Shown: in pieces, positions 22,108 through 35,521 of the stretch
Layout: every line of letters begins with the position of its first letter
How positions within the stretch are numbered: position 1 is the first letter of the stretch
DNA from: Terriglobia bacterium
GTDB taxonomy: Bacteria; Acidobacteriota; Polarisedimenticolia; Polarisedimenticolales; JAIQFR01
Length of the DNA stretch: 64,000 bases
Direction of reading: 5' to 3'
Assembly (NCBI GenBank): GCA_963790465.1
Contig: CAWBOP010000025.1
Coordinates: 40,913 to 104,912 of the forward strand
Program-made: the position numbers and the translations under genes
The notes under the pieces: generated by a model
The model's database searches: none
Told to the model about the DNA's origin: nothing
The model's input: the letters and a program-made list of their open reading frames with translations, nothing else

Positions 22108-22217
22108 GGTTGGAGCCAGTATGTCGTGTAAGATATTGCGAAATAATAGGTTGAACCCGCGATGCGACAAAATATCGCGATGTTTCAAATTCGAGACATG
22201 ATTAGCGTGAAATCCAG

Positions 22218-22246
22218 TTCAATTTCAGTTTGTTACCTCGTATAAT
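22218..22246 (+). promoter_or_regulatory. putative promoter (TTCAAT-17-TATAAT) 7 nt upstream of the kinase-bEBP GTG
   Basis: A perfect -10 sits at 22241-22246 inside a roughly 35% GC patch. The -35 is weak. The in-frame GTG is at 22254. Confidence 0.35.
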
Positions 22247-22253
22247 CGCATCC

Positions 22254-27124
<4,871 letters not shown>

Positions 27125-27344
27125 CCCGCCCGCGCCTCGCTTCGGTCGCGCCACTCCTTTTGTAACCGTCGACGCCAAACAATGCCATCCCATAACTTCA
27201 TTGTTATCAATAGCATAAAAATCATATTGAATGTGTTGCAGAAAACTATTGCTTTTCGTAATTCGAGCTACAAAGTTTGTCATTGACAAATATCTCTTGA
27301 CTTTCGGAGGACTGCATGTAGGCAGAAAGAAGGAGCTTCAAGCG
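27125..27344 (+). promoter_or_regulatory. AT-rich (about 35-40% GC) intergenic region with inverted repeat AACAATG-n14-CATTGTT and TTGACA/TTGACT hexamers
   Basis: The composition contrasts with the 70% GC flanks. The repeats were read directly. No promoter could be assigned with confidence. Confidence 0.35.
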
Positions 27345-27701
27345 ATGACACCCACTCCGAGAACGCTGCGGCGATGGACGGCCCTGGTCGGGATCCTGAT
27401 CCTGATCGCGTGGGCCGGTCCGGCGGCGGCGGGCGTGGCGGCGAACGACGCCGCTCCGCTTCGCGTCACCGGGCTTACCGTGGGGGGGAGCGATGTCGAG
27501 GTCACCCTCCTCAACATTGCGCCGGAGAGCCGGTACGGAACCGTGACGGTGCGGATCCGGCTGGGGGATCGCGAGATGGACGCGCGGGCGTCCTTCGAGG
27601 TCCCGGGAGGTCAGACGGTCTTCGTGATTCTCACGCTCCCGGACCGGGTCCGGGATGTGATCTCCTGCGGTGTCATCCTCGACGACGGCACTCCGTTCTA
27701 G
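27345..27701 (+). CDS. small secreted hypothetical protein
   Basis: A strong RBS (AAGGAG) lies 6-11 nt upstream of the ATG. Signal peptide LRRWTALVGILILIAWAGPAAAG. Confidence 0.6.
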   Translation: MTPTPRTLRRWTALVGILILIAWAGPAAAGVAANDAAPLRVTGLTVGGSDVEVTLLNIAPESRYGTVTVRIRLGDREMDARASFEVPGGQTVFVILTLPDRVRDVISCGVILDDGTPF

Positions 27702-27871
27702 CGGGCGCCACACCGGGGCCGGAGCTTAATTCCCGCCGCGCGCCTGCCGCGCACGGCAAGACTCGAGCTCCGACCCGCGTCCAGACCCTCGCCCCTTGCT
27801 CTTGCGTCCTTCGCTCCCGCCGTAATACCGTTTCGAACGGCAGGGCGATCGCGCCGGCACAGGGAGGCTCC

Positions 27872-28291
27872 ATCCGGCAACAGACGGTCACGCTGACGTT
27901 GGAGGCGCCGGGGCGAGGGCTCCTCGAGTTCACGGACCGGGTACTCGAGTGGGTTCGCTCGAGCGGGATCGAGACGGGACTGCTCACGCTCCACGTGCAG
28001 CACACGTCGGCGTCCCTGCTGGTGCAGGAGAACGCCGACCCGGCCGTGCGTGGGGATCTCGACCGGTTCTTCGCGCGTCTCGCGTCCGACGGCGATCCGA
28101 TCTTCCGTCACGACGACGAGGGACCGGACGACATGCCTTCCCACGTTCGCGCGGCGCTGACCGCGACGACGTTGTCCATCCCGGTGATCGGCGGAAGGCC
28201 GGTGCTCGGGACCTGGCAGGGGATCTACCTGTACGAGCACCGGCGCGCGCCTCATCGCCGCCGCGTGGTCGCCCACCTGATCGGAGCGTGA
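27872..28291 (+). CDS. yjbQ: YjbQ-family secondary thiamine-phosphate synthase enzyme (UPF0047); start codon unclear
   Basis: QQTVTLTLEAPGRGLLEFTDRV...LTLHVQHTSASLLVQENADP...DMPSHVRAAL...GTWQGIYLYEHR. No canonical start lies close to the domain N-terminus. Confidence 0.8.
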   Translation: MRQQTVTLTLEAPGRGLLEFTDRVLEWVRSSGIETGLLTLHVQHTSASLLVQENADPAVRGDLDRFFARLASDGDPIFRHDDEGPDDMPSHVRAALTATTLSIPVIGGRPVLGTWQGIYLYEHRRAPHRRRVVAHLIGA

Positions 28292-28432
28292 GCGGCCGAC
28301 AACGTTGGCGGTGTCCCCCGGCGCGAGAAACGAGTAGGAGAAGTGCGTCGGAGCGACGAACGTCTCCTTCCTCGGAAGCTCCGGATTTCCCGCGACCCAC
28401 CGCGAGTCAAGAGGCGCGACGATGCCCCGCGT

Positions 28433-28708
28433 CTACTCCGCGGTCTTCTCGACCGCGTCCCGGACCTCGGCCGCGTGCGCGTCCGTCCCTTGCTTCACAA
28501 CCTTGAGGTCCGGCAGACGCCCCGGCCGGATCGACTCGCCGCCCCCGGCCACCGCGGGTTCCGTCACCTGCTCGCCGGACGGGGACGGATGGGCGAGGAC
28601 GGTGGCGGCGGGGAGCGTTGATTTGAGGGCACGTGACGCCAGGAAGAGCACCACCGCGACGACGACAAGGAGCATGACGAAGCCGAATCCGGACCCCTGT
28701 CTGCGCAT
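28433..28708 (-). CDS. small membrane-anchored hypothetical protein
   Basis: N-terminal TM segment FGFVMLLVVVAVVLFLA. Coding-like codon bias. Confidence 0.45.
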   Translation of the reverse strand: MRRQGSGFGFVMLLVVVAVVLFLASRALKSTLPAATVLAHPSPSGEQVTEPAVAGGGESIRPGRLPDLKVVKQGTDAHAAEVRDAVEKTAE

Positions 28709-28803
28709 GGAGAGAACTTAGGTTGCCCGCCGGCCGGCGGCAAGAACGGCGCGACATCCCGGCCCGGGTCGTGGCAACATGGCGCTCAGGGAGGGAAGGC
28801 GGC

Positions 28804-29688
28804 GTGATCGCGGCATGGTGCCTTGCGTTGATGGCGGCCGCGGGACCTGCACCCGCCGTTACGGCGCCCGCCGCCGCGCCGGCGAGAATCGAGGCGAGGC
28901 TTCACGAGCGTCTCGCCGCGATTCGCGCCAAGGCGGGGGTTCCGCGACTCGGGCGGCGCGCCGAACTCGACGCGGCGGCCCGGGAAAGGGCGACGGAGAT
29001 CGCGAAGCTCCCGATGGAGCGGCGGCTCGGCCGCAAGGAGCCGATCGAGACGCTTCTCAGGAGCCACGGCATCCGGCGGTTCGAGCGGGTCGAGGCGCGT
29101 GTCGCGATGCTCGGCGGATACGACGATCCCGCCGTCGAGGCACTCTCGCAGTGGGCGGGCGGGACCGACGCCCACCTTCTCGACCGCCGCTGGACGGCGG
29201 TCGGCGCGGGAGCCGTCGAGGCGACGGACGGCGTTCTCGTGATCGTCGCCCTGTTCTTCGAGGACGCCGCGCCGACTCCCGACCTCAGGGCGCTGGAACG
29301 AAAGGTCGAGGCGGGGATCAACGGCGTGAGAACGTCGCGCGGCCGGACGCCGCTCGAAGCCTCGGAGCCGCTCCGGCGGATCGCGCGGGCGCACAGCGAG
29401 GACATGGCCCGCCGCCGCTACTTCGACCACGTGGCGCCCGATGGCACGGGGCCGGCGGACCGCGTGCGGGCCCGCGGCCTCGCGTACCGCAGGGTGTCCG
29501 AGAACATCGCGATGAATCGCGGCGAGGACGACCCGGTCCGCTCCGCGGTGGAAGGCTGGGTCGCGAGTCCGGGCCATCTCGAGAACCTTCTCGACGCCGA
29601 GGTCCGGTCGACCGGCGTCGGGATCGCGGTGGACGAGGACGGCGCCCTCTACTTCACGCAGCTCTTCTTCGACCCTGCCACCCCGTGA
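28804..29688 (+). CDS. CAP/SCP (PR-1, YkwD-like) domain protein, two CAP-like halves, secreted
   Basis: ARAHSEDMARRRYFDHVAPDG...ENIA...GWVASPGHLENLL. The GTG start at 28804 precedes a signal-like segment. Confidence 0.75.
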   Translation: MIAAWCLALMAAAGPAPAVTAPAAAPARIEARLHERLAAIRAKAGVPRLGRRAELDAAARERATEIAKLPMERRLGRKEPIETLLRSHGIRRFERVEARVAMLGGYDDPAVEALSQWAGGTDAHLLDRRWTAVGAGAVEATDGVLVIVALFFEDAAPTPDLRALERKVEAGINGVRTSRGRTPLEASEPLRRIARAHSEDMARRRYFDHVAPDGTGPADRVRARGLAYRRVSENIAMNRGEDDPVRSAVEGWVASPGHLENLLDAEVRSTGVGIAVDEDGALYFTQLFFDPATP

Positions 29689-30659
29689 CCGCCGCCGCCG
29701 GTTCCGGCCCGCCGCCGCGCGGCCGGTACGCGCCGAGCCCCACGGGCGACCTCCACCTCGGCAATGCGTCGACCGCGCTGGTCGCGTGGCTGTCCGCCCG
29801 CGCGAGCGGCGGGAGCTTCGCGATCCGAATGGAGGATCTCGACCTTCCGCGCGTCCGGCCCGGCGCGGCGGAGCGGATCCTCGACGACCTTGCGTGGCTC
29901 GGCCTCGACTGGGACGAGGGACCCGATGTCGGCGGGCCGCACGCGCCGTACGAGCAGTCGCGCAGGGCGGCGCTCTACGAAGCGGCGTTCGTGCGCCTTG
30001 GCGCCGTGGGGCGGGTCTACCCCTGCTTCTGCAGCCGGAGGGACATCGCCACCGCCGCCAGCGCTCCGCAGGAGCCGGGCGACGAGGTCCGTTACCCCGG
30101 GACCTGCCGCGCGCTCGATCCGGCCGAGGCGGAGAGCCGCGTCGCTTCCGGCCGGCAGCACGCCTGGCGGTTCCGCGTCGCGGACGCCGAGGCGCCCGTC
30201 TTCGAGGACCGCGTCCGAGGGGCGTGGCGCGGCCCGCCGCCGGGGGATTTCGTGGTTCGCCGTGCGGACGGCACGGCCGCGTACCAGCTGGCGGTCGTGG
30301 TGGACGACGTCGCGATGCGGATCACCGAGGTCGTGCGAGGCGACGATCTCCTGGCGTCGACGGCCCGGCAGATCCTGCTGTACCGCGCCCTGGGAGTCGA
30401 GGCCCCGTCGTTCGGCCACGTGCCGTTGCTTCTCGGGCCCGATGGCGTGCGCCTCTCGAAGCGGCACGAGGGGACGTCGCTTCGCGAGCTGAGGGGGGCG
30501 GGATTCACGGCGGAGCGAGTCGTGGGCTTTCTCGCGATGCTCCTCGGCCTCGACGCGACGAACGGCGAGACGAGCGCTTCCGCCCTCGTACGGGGATTCT
30601 CGCTCGAGGCTCTCCGGGCGGTGCCCGAGGGGATCACGATCGATCCACGGTCCCTGTGA
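29685..30659 (+). CDS. gluQ: glutamyl-Q tRNA(Asp) synthetase
   Basis: RYAPSPTGDLHLGNASTALVAW (HIGH-like), YPGTCR, AYQLAVVVDD and VRLSKRH (KMSKS-like). About 324 aa with no anticodon-binding domain. GTGA coupling to the upstream gene. Confidence 0.88.
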   Translation: MTAAAGSGPPPRGRYAPSPTGDLHLGNASTALVAWLSARASGGSFAIRMEDLDLPRVRPGAAERILDDLAWLGLDWDEGPDVGGPHAPYEQSRRAALYEAAFVRLGAVGRVYPCFCSRRDIATAASAPQEPGDEVRYPGTCRALDPAEAESRVASGRQHAWRFRVADAEAPVFEDRVRGAWRGPPPGDFVVRRADGTAAYQLAVVVDDVAMRITEVVRGDDLLASTARQILLYRALGVEAPSFGHVPLLLGPDGVRLSKRHEGTSLRELRGAGFTAERVVGFLAMLLGLDATNGETSASALVRGFSLEALRAVPEGITIDPRSL

Positions 30660-30660
30660 T

Positions 30661-32085
30661 TCACTTCGCCGCCGGGGCGGGAGCCGGCGGCGGCTCCGGG
30701 GGCTCGGGGCGGGGGAACGGCTCGGTCGAATTCGCGAGACCGTAGGTCACCACCGCCAGCGCGGCCACGCTCGACGCGAGGTCGCGCGGGTCCACCTTGT
30801 CCAGCGTGTCGGCCGCCGAGTGGTGGTAGTCGAAATAGTGAGTCGTGTCCTGGCGCAGCCCGATCATCGGCACGCGGGCGCCGCTCATGGCCGAGATGTC
30901 GGCCCCGCCGCCTCCCTCGACGATCTCGGCGGCCCCGATCCCGACGAGCGGTGCCGCGATGCGCCGGACGATCCCGGCGCCGCCCGGTCCCGCGGTCACA
31001 CCGAAGCCGGTCGGCCGCGCGCCGCCGCTGTCCGCCTCGATGGCGACGACGTGGTGCGCGAGCTCGTCGCGATGCGTTTCGGCGTAGGCCCGGCCACCGT
31101 GGAGGCCGTTCTCCTCGCTGGCAAACAGCACGGCGCGGACGGTGCGGCGCGGTCGCAGCCCGAGGACCTCGAGCACGCGGAGGGTTTCCATCACGACCAC
31201 GCACCCGGCGGCGTCGTCCGTCGCGCCAGGTCCGAGGTCCCAGGAATCGAGGTGGCCGCCGATCAGGACGATCTCGTCCGGGCGCTCGCTCCCGCGGATC
31301 TCCGCCAGCACGTTCTCCGACTCGACGTCCGGGAGGTTCTTGCAACCGAGGGTGTATCGAACCCGCACGGTCTCGCCCGCCGCCAGCAGGCGGTGGATGT
31401 GATCGGCATCCTCCTGGCTGATCGCGGCGAAGGGGAGCCGCTGCACCCCCTTCTCGTAGGCGGTCATGCCGGTGTGGGGAAGCCGGAACGCCGCCGTGCC
31501 GAGCGAGCGGATCAGCGCGCCCACCGCGCCGAGTTTCGCCGCCTCGACCGCGCCGCGGTGCCGGAGCGCCGCCGCGGCGCCGTAGCCGTGCTCCTCCCCC
31601 CCGTTGGGAAGCACCGGCCGATTGTAGAGCACGATTTTCCCCTTGACCTTCTCTCCGGCGGCTTTGAGATCGTCGAAGCTCGACACCTCGATCACGTCCG
31701 CGGTCACTCCCCCCAAGGGAGTCGGGTCGCTCAGGCCGAGCGCCGTGATCGCCATCGGGACGGAAAGGGGGGCGACGATCGCCCCGCTCTCGATCCCGCG
31801 CGTCCAGTGGGGGACCATGACCTTCTCGGTCCAGACCCGGTCCGCCCCGTCGCGCGTCATCTCCGCCGCGGTCCAGCGCGCCGCCGCCTCGTAGCCCGGC
31901 GACCCGCTCAGGCGGTGCCCGATCCGGTCGGTGAGCCAGGCCAGCTTCTCCCACGCGTGCCCCTCGGAGCCGGCCGCCGCCAGGATCCTGGCCGCCGCGT
32001 TTTCGTCACTCGCGTGCACGCTCGCCCCCTGAAAGAGAAGGACCACCGAGACCAGAACACCCGTGACCCAGCGATGCTTCACCAT
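30661..32085 (-). CDS. M28-family aminopeptidase with PA domain, secreted
   Basis: Signal peptide, GGHLDSWDLGPGATDDAAG and FASEENGLHGG metal-ligand motifs. Confidence 0.85.
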   Translation of the reverse strand: MVKHRWVTGVLVSVVLLFQGASVHASDENAAARILAAAGSEGHAWEKLAWLTDRIGHRLSGSPGYEAAARWTAAEMTRDGADRVWTEKVMVPHWTRGIESGAIVAPLSVPMAITALGLSDPTPLGGVTADVIEVSSFDDLKAAGEKVKGKIVLYNRPVLPNGGEEHGYGAAAALRHRGAVEAAKLGAVGALIRSLGTAAFRLPHTGMTAYEKGVQRLPFAAISQEDADHIHRLLAAGETVRVRYTLGCKNLPDVESENVLAEIRGSERPDEIVLIGGHLDSWDLGPGATDDAAGCVVVMETLRVLEVLGLRPRRTVRAVLFASEENGLHGGRAYAETHRDELAHHVVAIEADSGGARPTGFGVTAGPGGAGIVRRIAAPLVGIGAAEIVEGGGGADISAMSGARVPMIGLRQDTTHYFDYHHSAADTLDKVDPRDLASSVAALAVVTYGLANSTEPFPRPEPPEPPPAPAPAAK

Positions 32086-32138
32086 GGTGCCATTATGGGG
32101 ACATTCCGTTTTTTCGACGAATCTCTCGAGCGTTCTGC

Positions 32139-32320
32139 TAGCCCGGATTAATCATGAAGAACCGTAGCGAGACCGCGGAGATGCCCGTCATGCTTGGCGC
32201 TCGCAGGACCGAGGACCCGACGCGTACTGTACCGTACGTGGAGGGTCCGAGGCCCGAGAACGCCGAGCAGGGCGGGCAGATACGCGGTCGCAGTAGGTTC
32301 TTCATGAATAATCCGGGCTA
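32139..32320 (+). mobile_element. 182-bp MITE-like palindromic element, copy 1 (about 25-bp TIRs TAGCCCGGATTAATCATGAAGAACC), bounded by TA
   Basis: 178/182 identical to 52956-53137. The whole element folds as a long imperfect hairpin. Its 3' end supplies the TAG stop (rc of 32318-32320) of the PilZ gene. Confidence 0.85.
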
Positions 32321-33106
32321 ACCTCGGGCGAGGCGTTTCACGATGCGTTCTCGGAGCGCAGGGTTGAGCGATGCCCGGGACAGCATCTTCCGGAGCGCCG
32401 GCTGTTTGAGGTCGGTGGAAAGAAGCTCGGCGAGAGGAAAGGGGATGCGGGGATGCGTCGCGAGCAATATCCGCAGCTCCTCGTCCTTCGACCAGCGTGG
32501 GTCCGCGGCGAGGATCTCGAGCATCGGCGGGAGAGCGTGTGGGATCGAGGCCAGCGCGCGCGCCTCCGCCAGCAGGAGGTTCGGGTTGCGAGCGAGCGCC
32601 TCGATCACCTGGGGGTGCATATCCTGGCGAAGGAGTTCCCGCTCGCGCGGATTCCCCCGGGAGGCCAGCGCGATCCGATGCGGTAGCGGCACCAACTCGA
32701 GCGCCTTGCGAACCTCGTTGGGCGGCGCGCCGGGCCGGACCGAGACGAGCTGGGCAGGGGCCTGCCCCTCCATGACGCGGGACAAGAGCGACTCGAGGAC
32801 TTTCTTTTGCTCGAGATCCAGAGCGAGGAATTCCACGGCGAGCCGCATACCCTCGCCTTCTCCCCCCGCCTCGACGCGGGCGACCCTGCCGACGAAGCGC
32901 TGCTCGAGATCGCCGGTGCGTGACCGGATGGCGAACTCGATCTCGGGACGATCGGGAGTCGGAATCTCGCCGACGAGGAGAACTCCGGTCCGGCTCAGAT
33001 CGACGGCGGTACAGTCGTAATCCTTCTCGTGTTCGCGCAGCACCGCCGGCAGGCCGGCCTGGAACCTGTAACCTCTCAAAACGGTGCTCCTCGAATCAGG
33101 GGGCAT
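32318..33106 (-). CDS. PilZ-domain protein with C-terminal helical-repeat region
   Basis: LRGYRF...DLSRTGVLL (RxxxR / DxSxxG PilZ motifs). The C-terminal half has HEAT/LRV-like repeats. Confidence 0.7.
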   Translation of the reverse strand: MPPDSRSTVLRGYRFQAGLPAVLREHEKDYDCTAVDLSRTGVLLVGEIPTPDRPEIEFAIRSRTGDLEQRFVGRVARVEAGGEGEGMRLAVEFLALDLEQKKVLESLLSRVMEGQAPAQLVSVRPGAPPNEVRKALELVPLPHRIALASRGNPRERELLRQDMHPQVIEALARNPNLLLAEARALASIPHALPPMLEILAADPRWSKDEELRILLATHPRIPFPLAELLSTDLKQPALRKMLSRASLNPALRERIVKRLARG

Positions 33107-33263
33107 CGTGGTATCCTCGATATGCCCCGGAAGTCGATGACGCGGCGCTCGGGAAGGGGGGGATCGTATTTTTCCCGTGCGGTTCTGTCAACGGTCACCC
33201 ATCGGCCTTTCGAGCCGCAAAGACACCAGCCTGCGGTTCGACTTCTACACCCCGGGACGCCCA

Positions 33264-33292
33264 TTGCTATGGGTGGGTTTGGGTGATATAAT
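33264..33292 (+). promoter_or_regulatory. putative promoter TTGCTA-17-TGaTATAAT; the -10 ends 8 nt before the Fic ATG (leaderless-type)
   Basis: Hexamers and spacing were read directly. The extended -10 TG is present. Confidence 0.5.
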
Positions 33293-33300
33293 GGTTATAT

Positions 33301-34392
33301 ATGGAACTTAAGATTCCGGTCTCCTCCGATGTTCTGAAATCCATCTCGCGGATGGACCACTTTCGTGGCATTTGGGCGGCCGGTACCCTCATTCCACCTG
33401 ACCGTCTGGCTCGTCTGAAAGAGGCCTCCAGGATCCGTTCGGTGGCCGCATCCTGCAGGATGTCCGGTGTTCGTGTGACGGATACCGAGGTCGCGGGACT
33501 GTTGCGCGGAGATGCAGCCCCCGTTCGCGAAGGGCACGAGGTTCTAGGTTACGTCGAGGCGCTCGACCGCCCGTTCCCATCGGACGGCCCGCTCGTGACT
33601 CCCGAGGAGATCCGCAAACTCCACGCCGTGCTCCTGGGCGTGCGGGAGAATCCAGAGTCGCCGACACCGTGGCGCACCGAGCCGCTGCATCTCGAGGCGT
33701 TCGATGCCGAGGGGCGCGCGATCGGGCGGATTTTTCAGACCCTTCCGCCGCGGCTCCTGGCGGAGACGATGGACGACCTCGCGACCTGGCTCGAGCTGGA
33801 ACTGAGGAGCGCGGAGCATCACCCGCTGCTCGTCATCGCGTCGTTCATGCTCGCGTTCCTCGCCGCGAGCCCGTTTTCTCGCGGGAACGGCCGGATGGGG
33901 CGCCTCCTCGCGGTGCATCTCCTCTGCAGGGCCGGTTACACCTACGTGCCCTACGCCAGCCTCGAGGGGGCGATGGAGGAGATGCGCGACGTCTACCACG
34001 ACGCTTTCGATTCCGCGGAGACCCGGATCTGGACGGGCGAGGCGGACCTCACGCCGTGGATCCGGTTCTTCCTCGACGCGATGGACCGGCACCGCGACCG
34101 CGTCGAGGCGAAGATCGACCTCGAGCGGCGCGTGATGGACTTGACGCCGCTGCAGCGCGGGATCGTCGACGCGGTCCGCGAGCACGGCACCGTGGCCGCG
34201 TCGCTGCTCATGGTGGCGACCGGCGCGAACCGGAACACGCTCAAGGACAACCTCCGCCGGCTCGTTGAGCGCGGCGTGATCGAGCGGCTCGGCGAGCGGC
34301 GGGGCTCGGTCTATCGCCTCGCGAGCGGCGATGCCGCGGCGCGGCCTCGCGAGGTGGCCGCGACCGGTGGGCGCGCCTACGAGACGGTCTGA
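33301..34392 (+). CDS. Fic-family protein (Fic_N plus Fic plus C-terminal wHTH) with degenerate catalytic and inhibitory motifs
   Basis: The Fic core reads SPFSRGNGRMGR (33868-33903) instead of HPFx[DE]GNGRxxR. The N-terminal helix reads SCRMSG (33451-33468) instead of SxxxEG. The C-terminal wHTH is GANRNTLKDNLRRLVERGVIERLG. Confidence 0.8.
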   Translation: MELKIPVSSDVLKSISRMDHFRGIWAAGTLIPPDRLARLKEASRIRSVAASCRMSGVRVTDTEVAGLLRGDAAPVREGHEVLGYVEALDRPFPSDGPLVTPEEIRKLHAVLLGVRENPESPTPWRTEPLHLEAFDAEGRAIGRIFQTLPPRLLAETMDDLATWLELELRSAEHHPLLVIASFMLAFLAASPFSRGNGRMGRLLAVHLLCRAGYTYVPYASLEGAMEEMRDVYHDAFDSAETRIWTGEADLTPWIRFFLDAMDRHRDRVEAKIDLERRVMDLTPLQRGIVDAVREHGTVAASLLMVATGANRNTLKDNLRRLVERGVIERLGERRGSVYRLASGDAAARPREVAATGGRAYETV

Positions 34393-34510
34393 AGCGGGTC
34401 GGGAAGACCCGCACCGGCGAGCTTGCGGTCATGATCGACACCTTCGCTTTCCTCACCGTCGCCGCCCTCGCCTGCGAGGACGCCGCGTACGCGCGGTCCT
34501 GGATCGAGCC

Positions 34511-35521
34511 GTGAGCGCGGCGGCCGCCGGCCCGGCGCTCCGCGCGTTCCTCGAGGGGCTGATCGACTACGCCGGACTGTTCCCCCCGGCTCGCCTCGAC
34601 CTCGCTCTCGCGGTGGAGGAATTCGTCGGGCACCTCGGCGGGAGCGAGTCGTGGATGCTCGGACGGTTCGTGGTGCCGGCGGCGAGGTTCGGCGATCTCC
34701 TCGATCGGTTGCCGGCGCCGGGCGCCGCGGGGCCGTTCCGGTTGACGGTGCTCGCCGGCGGCGGCGCGACCGAGCGGGAAGCGCTCGACAGGATCCTCGC
34801 GGAGGCCGCGGCGCTCGACGACCTCGGCCGGCGGCACGCCGGGAAGGGGGCGATCCTCGCGATCGAAACGCGCCTGCCGCGGGAAACCCTCGATGCCGCG
34901 GATGCCGAGCGCGTCCGCGATTATGCGGACGATTTCCGGGCGGCGCTCGCCGGATCGGGACTCGCCTGGGTTCCCGCATTCTTCGAGGTCGCGCCGATCG
35001 TCCGCCATCCCGATGCCGACCGCGACGCCGCCGTCGGGCTCGCCGACGCGGGTGAGGCGGGGCCGTCGCCCCGGGCGGGCTTCAAGCTTCGCTGCGGCGG
35101 CCCCGAGCCGTCTGACGTGCCGTCGGCCGGCCGCATCGCCCGCGTGATCGCGGAGTGCCGCGACCGTGGGGTGCCGCTCAAGTGCACGGCGGGGCTCCAC
35201 CAGCCGCTGCGCGCGCCGGCGGCGGCAGGCCGCGCGGAGCGGCACGGTTTCCTGAACGTTTTCGTGGCGGCGGTCCTCGCGTTCGCGCGCTGGATTCCGC
35301 TCGACGAGATCGAGACCTGCGTGCTCGAGGAGGACGCCTCGAGCTTCCGTTTCGACGACGACGGGGTGTCGTGGAGGAAACGGGACGCCACGACCGCCGA
35401 GATCGAGCGGGCCCGGCGGCTCTTCGCCACCGGCTTCGGAAGCTGTTCGTTCGACGAGCCGCGGGAAGGGCTCCGGCACCACCGCCTTCTACTCGTCGAA
35501 CCCCACGGGGGTCAGGGCTGA
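34511..35521 (+). CDS. conserved hypothetical protein
   Basis: Coding-like 336-aa frame from GTG 34511 (LIDYAGLFPPA, GFKLRCGG, LKCTAGLHQP). Family not recognised. Confidence 0.55.
   Translation: MSAAAAGPALRAFLEGLIDYAGLFPPARLDLALAVEEFVGHLGGSESWMLGRFVVPAARFGDLLDRLPAPGAAGPFRLTVLAGGGATEREALDRILAEAAALDDLGRRHAGKGAILAIETRLPRETLDAADAERVRDYADDFRAALAGSGLAWVPAFFEVAPIVRHPDADRDAAVGLADAGEAGPSPRAGFKLRCGGPEPSDVPSAGRIARVIAECRDRGVPLKCTAGLHQPLRAPAAAGRAERHGFLNVFVAAVLAFARWIPLDEIETCVLEEDASSFRFDDDGVSWRKRDATTAEIERARRLFATGFGSCSFDEPREGLRHHRLLLVEPHGGQG

Noticed and set aside
27225-27260. Possible sigma54 promoter (TTGCAG...TTGC) downstream of the bEBP gene.
   Set aside because: The -24 GG is absent (TG instead), and the spacing between the two elements is 12 rather than 10 nt. 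This does not meet the GG-N10-GC rule.
32154-32321. A 56-codon ORF (MKNRSETAEMPVMLGARR...RFFMNNPG) spans the MITE and is preserved in both copies. A mirror ORF exists on the opposite strand.
   Set aside because: This is a by-product of the palindromic TIRs: ATGAAGAACC appears on both strands and TAG/TAA at the ends. There are only 4 differences between the copies, too few to test for coding constraint, and the ORF has no RBS.
34431-34514. 27-codon ORF (MIDTFAFLTVAALACEDAAYARSWIEP) whose TGA overlaps the GTG of the 34511 gene.
   Set aside because: It could be a coupled leader peptide, or the true N-terminus of the downstream gene displaced by an indel. It has no RBS and no homology signal, so it is left unannotated.
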